This document shows positions 26,544 to 33,861 of a stretch of DNA of 64,000 nt, piece by piece. The first letter of the stretch is position 1. Each line of letters opens with the position of its first letter. A model generated the notes under the pieces. It searched no databases. It was not told the DNA's origin and worked only from the letters and a program-made list of their open reading frames with translations. This stretch comes from Candidatus Nealsonbacteria bacterium (GTDB taxonomy: Bacteria > Patescibacteriota > Minisyncoccia > Minisyncoccales > CAZKCU01), in NCBI GenBank assembly GCA_047456305.1, contig CP179888.1:189307-253306 (forward strand), given 5' to 3'. Made by a program: the position numbers and the translations under genes.

Positions 26544-26888
26544 ATGTCTAAGCGCATTCAGCGCGTTAACCAACTTATAAAAAAGGAGCTTTCTCAGATT
26601 CTTTTGCGAGAAGTTGATTTTCCAAAAGATATCTTAGTAACCATCACCAGAGTTGATACATCGCCTAATTTGAGAGAAAGTAAGGTTTTTATTAGTGCGG
26701 TGCCGGAAGATAAAACTCAAAGGGTCCTGAAGACTTTAAATCAGAAAATTTATGAGTTACAACAAAAAATTAATAGAAGATTAAAAATGAGGCCAGTTCC
26801 TCGGATTAGATTCTTGGAAGAAAGAGAAACAGCTGAAGCCGGAAGAATTGAAGAGCTTTTAGAGAAATTGAAAAATAGAAAAAAATAA
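26544..26888 (+). CDS. rbfA: ribosome-binding factor A
   Basis: 114 aa. 'RIQRVNQLIKKELSQILL', 'ITRVDTSPNLRESKVFIS'. Conserved infB-rbfA synteny. Confidence 0.85.
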   Translation: MSKRIQRVNQLIKKELSQILLREVDFPKDILVTITRVDTSPNLRESKVFISAVPEDKTQRVLKTLNQKIYELQQKINRRLKMRPVPRIRFLEERETAEAGRIEELLEKLKNRKK

Positions 26889-26902
26889 GATAGGATAATA
26901 TT

Positions 26903-26974
26903 GGTCGCGTACCCAAGTAGCTAGGGAATGGTCTGCAAAACCATTATACGTGGGTGCAAATCCCACCGCGACCT
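26903..26974 (+). tRNA. tRNA-Cys(GCA)
   Basis: 72 nt. Acceptor GGTCGCG/CGCGACC, anticodon stem ATGGT/ACCAT, loop CTGCAAA, T-arm GTGGG-TGCAAAT-CCCAC, discriminator T. Confidence 0.8.
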
Positions 26975-26977
26975 CAT

Positions 26978-27064
26978 GCCGGGGTGGTGGAATCGCTAGA
27001 CACGAAGGACTTAAAATCCTTTGGAGGAAATCCCTCCGTGCGGGTTGGAGTCCCGCCCCCGGCA
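26978..27064 (+). tRNA. tRNA-Leu(UAA), type II
   Basis: 87 nt. Acceptor GCCGGGG/CCCCGGC, anticodon stem AAGGA/TCCTT, loop CTTAAAA, long variable arm, T-arm with GTTGGAGTC. Confidence 0.85.
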
Positions 27065-27077
27065 CATTTTTTAAAAT

Positions 27078-27824
27078 ATGGGAAATGTATATACAAGGCA
27101 CATTAATCACAACTTCTTTAAAAAATGGAACTCCAAGATGAGTTATGTTTTAGGCTATATTGTAGCCGATGGTTGTATTGCAATAAGCAAAGATAGAAAA
27201 AGCCATCCTTTTACATTAAATATAACTTCTGCTGATTTGAAGCACTTATATTTGCTTAAAGAAACACTAGAATCTGAACATAAGATTAGTAAAAAATCTC
27301 GAAAAGCGGATAATAACGGATATCAATTACAAATTCGTAACCATATAATAACTAAAGATTTGATGAATTTAGGGATATTCCCTAGGAAAACATATAATTT
27401 AAATCCTATAAAAGTTCCAGAAAAATATTTCCCTGATTTTATTCGGGGATTTTTTGATGGTGACGGTTCAGTTTATATTTATAAAGTTAACGGAGTTCCG
27501 CAAATTAAGGCTTCGTTTAGCAATCCGAGCTTACCTTTTATTGCCAAACTCAACCAAGATCTTTGTAGAAAAATGGGAATTTCTATGAAAACCATCCATG
27601 AAGATAAGAATAAAAGAAGAAAGATTCCTTTATACTATATTGATTTTTATATCGATGATTGTGAAAAATTTGCTGAATTTATGTACCGAAACAACTCCTC
27701 TTTATTTCTTCTTCGCAAATGCAAAATTTTTGAAAAATGGAAATTGATAAAAAGGCGACATTATATAAAACAAAATTATCCTTCAAAAGTAGGCTGGCAT
27801 TTAAACCAAAAAGTCTTCACTTAA
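27078..27824 (+). CDS. free-standing LAGLIDADG-family homing endonuclease-like protein
   Basis: 248 aa. Two motifs, 'LGYIVADGCIA' and 'IRGFFDGDGSV'. Starts 13 nt after tRNA-Leu(UAA). The true start may be the internal Met at 27139. Confidence 0.75.
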   Translation: MGNVYTRHINHNFFKKWNSKMSYVLGYIVADGCIAISKDRKSHPFTLNITSADLKHLYLLKETLESEHKISKKSRKADNNGYQLQIRNHIITKDLMNLGIFPRKTYNLNPIKVPEKYFPDFIRGFFDGDGSVYIYKVNGVPQIKASFSNPSLPFIAKLNQDLCRKMGISMKTIHEDKNKRRKIPLYYIDFYIDDCEKFAEFMYRNNSSLFLLRKCKIFEKWKLIKRRHYIKQNYPSKVGWHLNQKVFT

Positions 27825-27983
27825 AAACTGCCAAAGAACCTGATAAAAATATCGGCTCGAACCACATTTAGTAAAAGAAAATTTTTAATCATTTTATTAT
27901 TTAAAATTTTCATCTGCGTATAATCAAAGGTCGAAGATAAAAGTGGAATGAAACAAAGAAGATAAATAAACAACTTTTATTTT

Positions 27984-28496
27984 ATGGAAAAATTAAATCC
28001 TAAAGCAGTTTGGATATTCTTTTTCCAATTCCTTAGTCTTGGATTAATTTTAGCTTTAATGCTAGGATATTTCTTTTGGGCACTTATGGTTAAATTTGAG
28101 TTTAATTGGTGGATAGTAATTCTCTTTTTGGCCGTTATTTGGATTTTTGGTAGTTATGGTTGGGCTAAATTATATTACAATTTCTATAAGTTTGAACTTA
28201 CTGAGGAAGCCTTTAAAAAAGAGCATGGTGTAATTTGGAAGCGATATATTTCTATCCCTTATGAAAGGATTCAAAATATAGATATTCACCGTGGAATACT
28301 TGCCCGGATTTTAGGTTTAAGCGATCTTATGATTCAAACTGCCGGCTATACTGGAGTCTACCGAGGGGGTGGTCTTCTGGGTACATTGGGAGGAAGAGAT
28401 CCTGAAGGAAAGCTTCCTGGTCTTTCTAAAGAAAGAGCTGAAGAAATAAGAGAAGAGTTAATAAGAAGAACAAGGGGAACAAAATCAGGATTATAA
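27984..28496 (+). CDS. bacterial PH-domain (bPH_2, YdbS/YdbT-like) membrane protein
   Basis: 170 aa. Two N-terminal TM helices, then 'ISIPYERIQNIDIHRGILARILGLSDLMIQTAG'. Confidence 0.65.
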   Translation: MEKLNPKAVWIFFFQFLSLGLILALMLGYFFWALMVKFEFNWWIVILFLAVIWIFGSYGWAKLYYNFYKFELTEEAFKKEHGVIWKRYISIPYERIQNIDIHRGILARILGLSDLMIQTAGYTGVYRGGGLLGTLGGRDPEGKLPGLSKERAEEIREELIRRTRGTKSGL

Positions 28497-28586
28497 AAAG
28501 GAATTTGCTAAAATTCTTAAATACATTGGGATTGGTTGTAGCTAGAATCTTGTTTTCCAACCCTCAAAGAATTTACCGCCGAATTA

Positions 28587-28648
28587 AAATAGCCCCGCTG
28601 AAAGCGGGGCTATTTTAGTTTACAGAGAACCGTTCTCTGTAAATTTTT
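28587..28648. terminator. two adjacent terminator hairpins between convergent genes
   Basis: AAAATAGCCCCGC-TGAAA-GCGGGGCTATTTT followed by TTTACAGAGAAC-C-GTTCTCTGTAAATTTTT. The second abuts the stop of the minus-strand 3D-domain gene. Confidence 0.6.
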
Positions 28649-29255
28649 ATCCTTCCAAAATTTCAATATAGGTTCTCTTTGCTCCAAAATTTAAGGCTTC
28701 CCAATAAGAGGGAAACCAAATATCAATATGATATTCCCCTTTTTTCCAACTCATTCTATCTTCAACCACAAAAATTTTCTCACCATAGATTTCTGGAATC
28801 CTGATTTCTGTTCCAAAAGGATACTTATTGTTAGCAACGATTCCTTCTCTGACCCAGGTACCAGCAGCAGTTATATAAGGACTGTCATCGGTCTCCCAGG
28901 GAGAGCTTGAGTAGGCAGTAACAACTACTTCTATTATCTTCTGGGTATACTGAGATTCTGGATTAGAAGGACTAGAAATTGCTAAAAGACTATTTCCTTG
29001 TAAAAGAGGTAACCCTTTCTCTAAGACCTGGGATATTTCTTTAATCTCAACCTCAACTAAATTAGCCTCAGCATTTTTTGCTGCGGGCTCAAAAATTGGT
29101 AAAATCCCGACTAAAATTCCAACAATTATTATAATAATCAGAATAGTAAGCCCCGATAGAGGGATGAAAACACGAGCCTTTCCCTCATCAGGGGAAATAT
29201 CCTGATAATTTAAGTTCGTACTCATTTTAAAACCCCTTTTCAGGGATTTTACCAT
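28647..29255 (-). CDS. 3D-domain (RlpA/MltA-like double-psi beta-barrel) cell-wall protein
   Basis: 202 aa. An N-terminal TM anchor, then 'VTAYSSSPWETDDSPYITAAGTWVREGIVANN..PFGTEIRIPE...VVEDRM', typical of 3D domains. Confidence 0.65.
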   Translation of the reverse strand: MVKSLKRGFKMSTNLNYQDISPDEGKARVFIPLSGLTILIIIIIVGILVGILPIFEPAAKNAEANLVEVEIKEISQVLEKGLPLLQGNSLLAISSPSNPESQYTQKIIEVVVTAYSSSPWETDDSPYITAAGTWVREGIVANNKYPFGTEIRIPEIYGEKIFVVEDRMSWKKGEYHIDIWFPSYWEALNFGAKRTYIEILEG

Positions 29256-29441
29256 ATTAGCTTATCCAGATAACTTGTCAAGGGTTAGCTTATGGAGCGG
29301 GTGAGGCGAAGAGAACGAAGTTCTCTTCTTCATCTTCGCTTCTTTCGGAAGCTCGGTAAGAGATGAATCTCTTCTTTGCTCACCGAAGCTTTAGCTGAGG
29401 TAAAAAAGAGGGTTTTCCCTCTTTGTCTGCGCTATCGCTTG

Positions 29442-29513
29442 AGCGGGTGAAGGGAATCGAACCCTCTTCTTGATCTTGGCAAGATCACATAATAACCGTT
29501 ATACGACACCCGC
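29442..29513 (-). tRNA. tRNA-Gly(GCC)
   Basis: 72 nt. Acceptor GCGGGTG/CACCCGC, anticodon stem TGATC/GATCA, loop TTGCCAA, T-arm GAGGG-TTCGATT-CCCTT. Confidence 0.8.
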
Positions 29514-29518
29514 ATTTG

Positions 29519-29591
29519 TGCCGCGGGCCAGACTTGCACTGGCTACCTCAACTTTTTCAGAGTTGCGCTCTACTCCATGAGCTACCGCGGC
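29519..29591 (-). tRNA. tRNA-Phe(GAA)
   Basis: 73 nt. Acceptor GCCGCGG/CCGCGGC, anticodon stem CAACT/AGTTG, loop CTGAAAA, T-arm GCCAG-TGCAAGT-CTGGC. Confidence 0.85.
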
Positions 29592-29606
29592 CTTTCTTTT
29601 TCTATG

Positions 29607-29677
29607 TGGACCCAGCGAGAGTCGAACTCGCGACTCGTCCATGCCGAGGACGTGTCTTACCGCTAGACTATGGGCCC
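29607..29677 (-). tRNA. tRNA-Ala(GGC) with G3:U70 and C at position 33
   Basis: 71 nt. Acceptor GGGCCCA/TGGGTCC (G3:T70 wobble), anticodon stem CGTCC/GGACG, loop TCGGCAT, T-arm GCGAG-TTCGACT-CTCGC. Confidence 0.75.
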
Positions 29678-29699
29678 CCTTCATTTTTAATTTCCGAGT

Positions 29700-29771
29700 T
29701 GTCCCTGATAGGAATCGGACCTATATCCCAGGTTTAGGAAACCTGTGCTCTATCCATTGAGCTACAGGGAC
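29700..29771 (-). tRNA. tRNA-Arg(CCU)
   Basis: 72 nt. Acceptor GTCCCTG/CAGGGAC, anticodon stem CAGGT/ACCTG, loop TTCCTAA, T-arm ATAGG-TCCGATT-CCTAT. Confidence 0.8.
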
Positions 29772-29785
29772 AAATTGATATTTCA

Positions 29786-29814
29786 AGTATAACAAGATTT
29801 CTGCTTGTTGACAA
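29786..29814 (-). promoter_or_regulatory. sigma70-like promoter of the four-tRNA operon (Arg-Ala-Phe-Gly)
   Basis: The minus strand reads TTGTCA, 17 nt, TATACT. The predicted +1 is about 8 nt upstream of the tRNA-Arg(CCU) 5' end. Confidence 0.5.
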
Positions 29815-29897
29815 CAGAGTTTGATGATAAAATAAAGTATGCGAATATTCGCATTTTTGTAGATTAGCATAAAATTCATAGATTCGCATTATATTTT

Positions 29898-30923
29898 ATG
29901 GAAAAGTCTCCAATTGTTGAAGTAGCAAAAAAGGTTTGCCCAGCAGTAATTACTGTTATTATTTCCAAAGATTTACCAAAGGTAGAGGGTCTTTATTTTT
30001 TTCCTTTTGGCGAAAAGAGCTTTATTGTTCCCAGAATGAAAAAAGGGAGAAAGGAAAAAACAAAAATTGGGGGAGGTTCTGCTTTTATTATCTCAAACGA
30101 TGGTTATATTTTAACCTCACAACATGTTGTAGCTGATCCTGAAGCCGATTATACTGTCATTTTAGAACCAACCAAAAAATATCCAGCCAAAGTTATTTCC
30201 CGGGATCCAATTAACGATGTTGCTATTCTGAAAATCAAAGAAAAAAATTGCCCTTATTTAGAATTAGGTGATTCAGACAAAATTGAACTTGGAGAAGAAG
30301 TCATTGCTGTTGGAAATCCTTTAGGAGAATTTCATGATACAATTTCAGCCGGAATTGTTTCGGGATTATCCCGATTTATTGCTGCCTATAGTAGTCTCTC
30401 CCGAGAAGCTGCCAGATTAAAAGGTTTAATTCAAACTGATGCTGCCATTAACCCTGGAAATTCCGGAGGACCTTTGGTTAATATGACAGGTGAGGTAATT
30501 GGAATTAATACGGCTATGGTTATGGGAGCCCAAAATCTTGGTTTTGCTATTCCGATTAACTATGCCAAAAAAGACCTGGAAGAAGTTAAAAAATATGGAA
30601 AAATTAAAAGACCATTTTTGGGAATAAGATATATTATTTTAAACAAAGAGATAGCTGAACAAAATAAACTACCGGTTGATTATGGGGCTTTAGTTATGAG
30701 GGAAAGGTTAGGAGAGACAGCGGTGATTAAAGGTTCAACAGCTGAAAAAGCAGGAATTAAAGAGTTTGATATAATTTTAGAAATTGGGGGAGAAAAAATT
30801 ACTGAAAAAAATCCCTTAGCAAATGTTTTGCAAAAATTCAAAATCGGTGAGAAGATTGATTTCAAAATCTTAAGAGAAAAGAAAGAGATAGGTTTAAAAG
30901 TAACATTAGAAGAGAAAAAGTAG
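29898..30923 (+). CDS. HtrA/DegP-family trypsin-like serine protease with one PDZ domain
   Basis: 341 aa. Catalytic triad context 'ILTSQHVV' (His), 'NDVAILKI' (Asp) and 'GNSGGPLVN' (Ser). C-terminal PDZ-like 'GSTAEKAGIKEFDIILEIGGEKI'. Confidence 0.85.
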   Translation: MEKSPIVEVAKKVCPAVITVIISKDLPKVEGLYFFPFGEKSFIVPRMKKGRKEKTKIGGGSAFIISNDGYILTSQHVVADPEADYTVILEPTKKYPAKVISRDPINDVAILKIKEKNCPYLELGDSDKIELGEEVIAVGNPLGEFHDTISAGIVSGLSRFIAAYSSLSREAARLKGLIQTDAAINPGNSGGPLVNMTGEVIGINTAMVMGAQNLGFAIPINYAKKDLEEVKKYGKIKRPFLGIRYIILNKEIAEQNKLPVDYGALVMRERLGETAVIKGSTAEKAGIKEFDIILEIGGEKITEKNPLANVLQKFKIGEKIDFKILREKKEIGLKVTLEEKK

Positions 30924-30961
30924 CATTTAAAAAGCGCACTAGGAATGCGTCCACACGAATT

Positions 30962-30988
30962 AAAAACAGCTTTAAAGCTGTTTTTTTA
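30962..30988 (+). terminator. rho-independent terminator after the htrA-like gene
   Basis: AAAAACAGCTTTAAAGCTGTTTTTTT. Confidence 0.7.
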
Positions 30989-30997
30989 TTCGAACTT

Positions 30998-31069
30998 GGT
31001 GATCGAGGAGAATCGAACTCCCATCACCTGAGCCACAGTCAGGAGCTTTACCATTAAGCTACGACCACC
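30998..31069 (-). tRNA. tRNA-His(GUG) with genome-encoded G-1
   Basis: G-1 pairs with C73. Acceptor GTGGTCG/CGATCAC, anticodon stem CCTGA/TCAGG, loop CTGTGGC, T-arm GGGAG-TTCGATT-CTCCT. Confidence 0.8.
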
Positions 31070-31075
31070 ACGATG

Positions 31076-31149
31076 TGTCCCCGGCGCGACTCGAACGCAC
31101 AACCTAGAGATTAGAAATCTCTCGCTCTATCCAGTTGAGCTACGGGGAC
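31076..31149 (-). tRNA. tRNA-Arg(UCU)
   Basis: 74 nt. Acceptor GTCCCCG/CGGGGAC, anticodon stem AGAGA/TCTCT, loop TTTCTAA, T-arm GTGCG-TTCGAGT-CGCGC. Confidence 0.85.
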
Positions 31150-31163
31150 ATATTAACCTAATT

Positions 31164-31192
31164 ATTTTACCTAAAATCCTTAATTTAGTCAA
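31164..31192 (-). promoter_or_regulatory. sigma70-like promoter of tRNA-Arg(UCU)/tRNA-His
   Basis: The minus strand reads TTGACT, 17 nt, TAAAAT. The predicted +1 is about 8 nt before the tRNA 5' end. Confidence 0.55.
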
Positions 31193-31333
31193 CGAGCTTC
31201 CGTAGGAAGCAACTCGAAGAGATAAATCTCTTCTCCACCCTTCGCTGCGGCTCGGGTAGTTAAAGAAGAGTGCGAAGAAAAGTTTTTCTTCTTTCGTCTT
31301 GTCTTCGACTCGACGGACGAAGTTCTCTTCGCC

Positions 31334-31657
31334 TTATCTAAAGAGATCGGGGTATTCTTTCAATTCAGTTTCTTCAAATCTTCTTCCCCTGGCCTCCCAT
31401 TCATCTAATATTTTTTGGTAGATTTTTTCTTCAAATTGAAGAGGTTTTTTAATAATTTGGGGTTCTGCTTTCTCTGCCAAAATGCTGTATTTATAGAAAA
31501 TAATACCACTCAAAATTAGGGACAAAAACAAAAGAAATAGGAAAGTCAAAAAAGTATTCTCCCCTAAAATTCTTGGAAGTTTTTTAAAGAAGATTTTAAT
31601 TTTACCTGCAAGCTGTATCTTGCGAAGCAAGGCAGAGGGCTTAAATTTTATTAGCAT
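31334..31657 (-). CDS. small bitopic membrane protein at the distal end of the pilus operon (unknown function)
   Basis: 107 aa. One TM helix (FLTFLFLLFLSLILSGIIFY) and a charged C-terminus. There is a 1-nt gap to the PilO-like ORF. Confidence 0.4.
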   Translation of the reverse strand: MLIKFKPSALLRKIQLAGKIKIFFKKLPRILGENTFLTFLFLLFLSLILSGIIFYKYSILAEKAEPQIIKKPLQFEEKIYQKILDEWEARGRRFEETELKEYPDLFR

Positions 31658-31658
31658 A

Positions 31659-32231
31659 TTACTTGGTGAAGACTTTTATTAATAAAGAGATGCTGCTATC
31701 TGCCAGAGAGAACTCTTCAAATTCTTCTGGCTTTACTTCTTTTTCAGTTAATCTCCTAATATTTAAATTAAGAATTTCTATTAAATAAGGGCTGGTTTCT
31801 AATTTTTCAAGAAATTTCTCAAAATTAGAGAGCCTCCCCTTTAAAGCCACCTGAAAGGTTATGGAAGGCCAAGGATCAGCGGTTATTTGTTTTTTTGGAG
31901 TCGAGGAGGAAATATTAATCGAAATCTGAGAATCCTTAGCAATTTTTCTCAGAAAACCAACGAATTCAATAATATCGGTAGGAATTTCTGGGTCGATAAA
32001 TAATTTATCAATTTTTTCTAAATTTTGGTAATGGGTTTGGTAAATCTTTTCAAATTTTTCCAGGTTTTCGATTTCAACCTCTAGCAAAGCTAATTCTCTT
32101 TTTTGAGAAATAAAAGCCTCAGAATTTTTTTTAATATTATTAAACAAGGGGTAAATTATTAGAAAGATAAAAATTAGTCCTATTATTCCAGGGATTCCCA
32201 AAGTAAAAATTATTTTTTTATTTAGATTCAT
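31659..32231 (-). CDS. pilO: PilO-like type IV pilus assembly protein
   Basis: N-terminal TM helix (IIFTLGIPGIIGLIFIFLIIYPLF), a coiled coil, then a C-terminal alpha/beta domain. Position after pilM-pilN. ATG 32231 is preferred, though the ORF track extends to 32273 and would overlap pilN. Confidence 0.55.
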   Translation of the reverse strand: MNLNKKIIFTLGIPGIIGLIFIFLIIYPLFNNIKKNSEAFISQKRELALLEVEIENLEKFEKIYQTHYQNLEKIDKLFIDPEIPTDIIEFVGFLRKIAKDSQISINISSSTPKKQITADPWPSITFQVALKGRLSNFEKFLEKLETSPYLIEILNLNIRRLTEKEVKPEEFEEFSLADSSISLLIKVFTK

Positions 32232-32238
32232 GATTAAA

Positions 32239-32766
32239 TTACTTCGTAATTTTAAAAGTAACCTCAAAATCAATGTCGACTAACTTAATCCAGACAGCTG
32301 GTGGGAAACGAATTTCTTTAAAATCTTTTTGTTTTTCAAGATTCTCTTTAAAATCAACCAAAACTTCCACAGTCGGAGAAAAACCAGAAAGGGTTATTTG
32401 AGAAGTATCCTTTTGATAAGAAAAAGAGTTTAAATATATTCCTTCAGGAATAATCTTTGAAATTCGTTCCAGAAACTCAGTTAAATTAAACTGGCCTTGA
32501 TAGAAAGAATCTATTTTAGAAAGGTTTTGATTAATTGAATTGAGTTTCTCTTTAAGAGCCTCACTCTGAGAAAACTCTTTTTCTCCCAAATTTGCAAGAA
32601 TTTTTTGATATTCGGCCTGTCCTGAAATGTAAATCTTTATTGAAAATAAAAGTAAAGAAAGAAAGATAAGAAAAACCAGCAAAAGAATTTCTAAAATTAA
32701 AATTAGTTTAATTCTCTCTTCTTCTAAAAGTTCTTGTTTTTGTTGTGGCGGCAATAAATTTATCAT
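32239..32766 (-). CDS. pilN: PilN-like type IV pilus assembly protein
   Basis: 175 aa. 'MINLLPPQQKQ' N-terminus typical of PilN, one TM helix and a coiled coil. There is a 4-nt overlap with pilM. Confidence 0.65.
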   Translation of the reverse strand: MINLLPPQQKQELLEEERIKLILILEILLLVFLIFLSLLLFSIKIYISGQAEYQKILANLGEKEFSQSEALKEKLNSINQNLSKIDSFYQGQFNLTEFLERISKIIPEGIYLNSFSYQKDTSQITLSGFSPTVEVLVDFKENLEKQKDFKEIRFPPAVWIKLVDIDFEVTFKITK

Positions 32767-33860
32767 TTTTCTTTTATTCCTCTTAAAGCTAACCCTAAGG
32801 CTGTAGTATAGCTTAGTGATTTCTCATAGGGCAGCTCTGGTACCTCTTTTAAAGGTGTTGGTAAAATATTTATCCAGGGATTGCCGAGCTCTACGGGAAT
32901 TTTTAATTCCGAAGAAAGAATATCATCTAATCCTTTGAGGTTAGCTCCTCCTCCACAAAGGAAAATCTTTTCTACTTGCTTTCCATCGGGAAGTAAATGT
33001 TCATGAGAGATATGGCTTTGATAGAATCTTAAGTAGGTTCTAATTTGCTTTATTAAATTGGTCAAGACAGGAATTAATGCTTCAAAAATTTCTTTTCCGA
33101 TATTCTTTCTATCAGTTTGAATACCATACTTTATTTTCAGTTTTTCTGCCTCGACTAAATCAACTTTTAAACTCCTGGAAATGGCTTCAGTAAATTTTTG
33201 AGAGGAAACTGGAATGGATGAGGTAAATCTTAAAGAATAGCCAGAAAAAATGATAAAACTGGTTCTACTAATTCCTAAGTCAATTAAAAGAATAGGGAAA
33301 GGACTTAGTCCATTTTTTACCAAAGCCCGGGAAATCGCCTGAGATTCAATTTCTAAAACTTTAGGAATAAAACCAGCTTTTTTAATTGAAGCTATATAAG
33401 GATCTATTGTTTTCTTGGGTAAAGCAGCAATTAAAACATCAAGGTGGTCGAGATGATTGTAGAAAGGCTGAACTATTTGAAAATCTAAATAAGTTTCTTC
33501 AATAGGTAGAGGAACGTAATTTTCTGCTTCAAACCTGACTGCCTTTTTTAACTCTTCCCCTGTCATTGGAGGCATTTGAATTACCTGTAAAAAAGCTTTT
33601 TCTTCAGGTAAAGAAGTAATGACATATTTTGTTTTTAGTTTTTCCCCTTTTACTTTTGAAATTGCTTCTCTAATAATCTTTGCCAGAGCTTCTTCATTTT
33701 TAATTTCTCCCTCTTCAATTATTCCTGATTTAATCTTTACCTCTCCAAAAGAAGCCAAACCTAAAACTCCTCGCTTTTTTTTGAGCTTGATGATTTTCAG
33801 AGATAAGTCAGAAATATCTAAACCGAAAGCTTCTGGTTTTAAGGTTAAAAAATTAAACAT
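32763..33860 (-). CDS. pilM: type IV pilus assembly protein PilM
   Basis: 'FGLDISDLSLKIIKL', 'LIDLGISRTSFII', 'FLCGGGANLKGL'. ATG 33860 (MFNFLTLK) is preferred. The ORF-track TTG at 33887 would overlap the upstream gene by 26 nt. Confidence 0.8.
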   Translation of the reverse strand: MFNFLTLKPEAFGLDISDLSLKIIKLKKKRGVLGLASFGEVKIKSGIIEEGEIKNEEALAKIIREAISKVKGEKLKTKYVITSLPEEKAFLQVIQMPPMTGEELKKAVRFEAENYVPLPIEETYLDFQIVQPFYNHLDHLDVLIAALPKKTIDPYIASIKKAGFIPKVLEIESQAISRALVKNGLSPFPILLIDLGISRTSFIIFSGYSLRFTSSIPVSSQKFTEAISRSLKVDLVEAEKLKIKYGIQTDRKNIGKEIFEALIPVLTNLIKQIRTYLRFYQSHISHEHLLPDGKQVEKIFLCGGGANLKGLDDILSSELKIPVELGNPWINILPTPLKEVPELPYEKSLSYTTALGLALRGIKEK

Positions 33861-33861
33861 T

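Noticed and set aside
26859-27141. ORFs 26859-27110 (-) and 26950-27141 (+)
   Set aside because: Both lie across tRNA-Cys and tRNA-Leu(UAA) and are artefacts of structured GC-rich RNA genes.
27836-27862. Possible tRNA T-arm fragment (cggctcgaaccac) downstream of the second LAGLIDADG ORF
   Set aside because: Only a GTGGTTCGAGCCG-like 13-mer is present, with no flanking acceptor or stem complementarity. It is too short to call.
29499-29737. ORFs 29499-29684 (-) and 29516-29737 (+)
   Set aside because: They lie entirely within the Gly-Phe-Ala-Arg tRNA operon.
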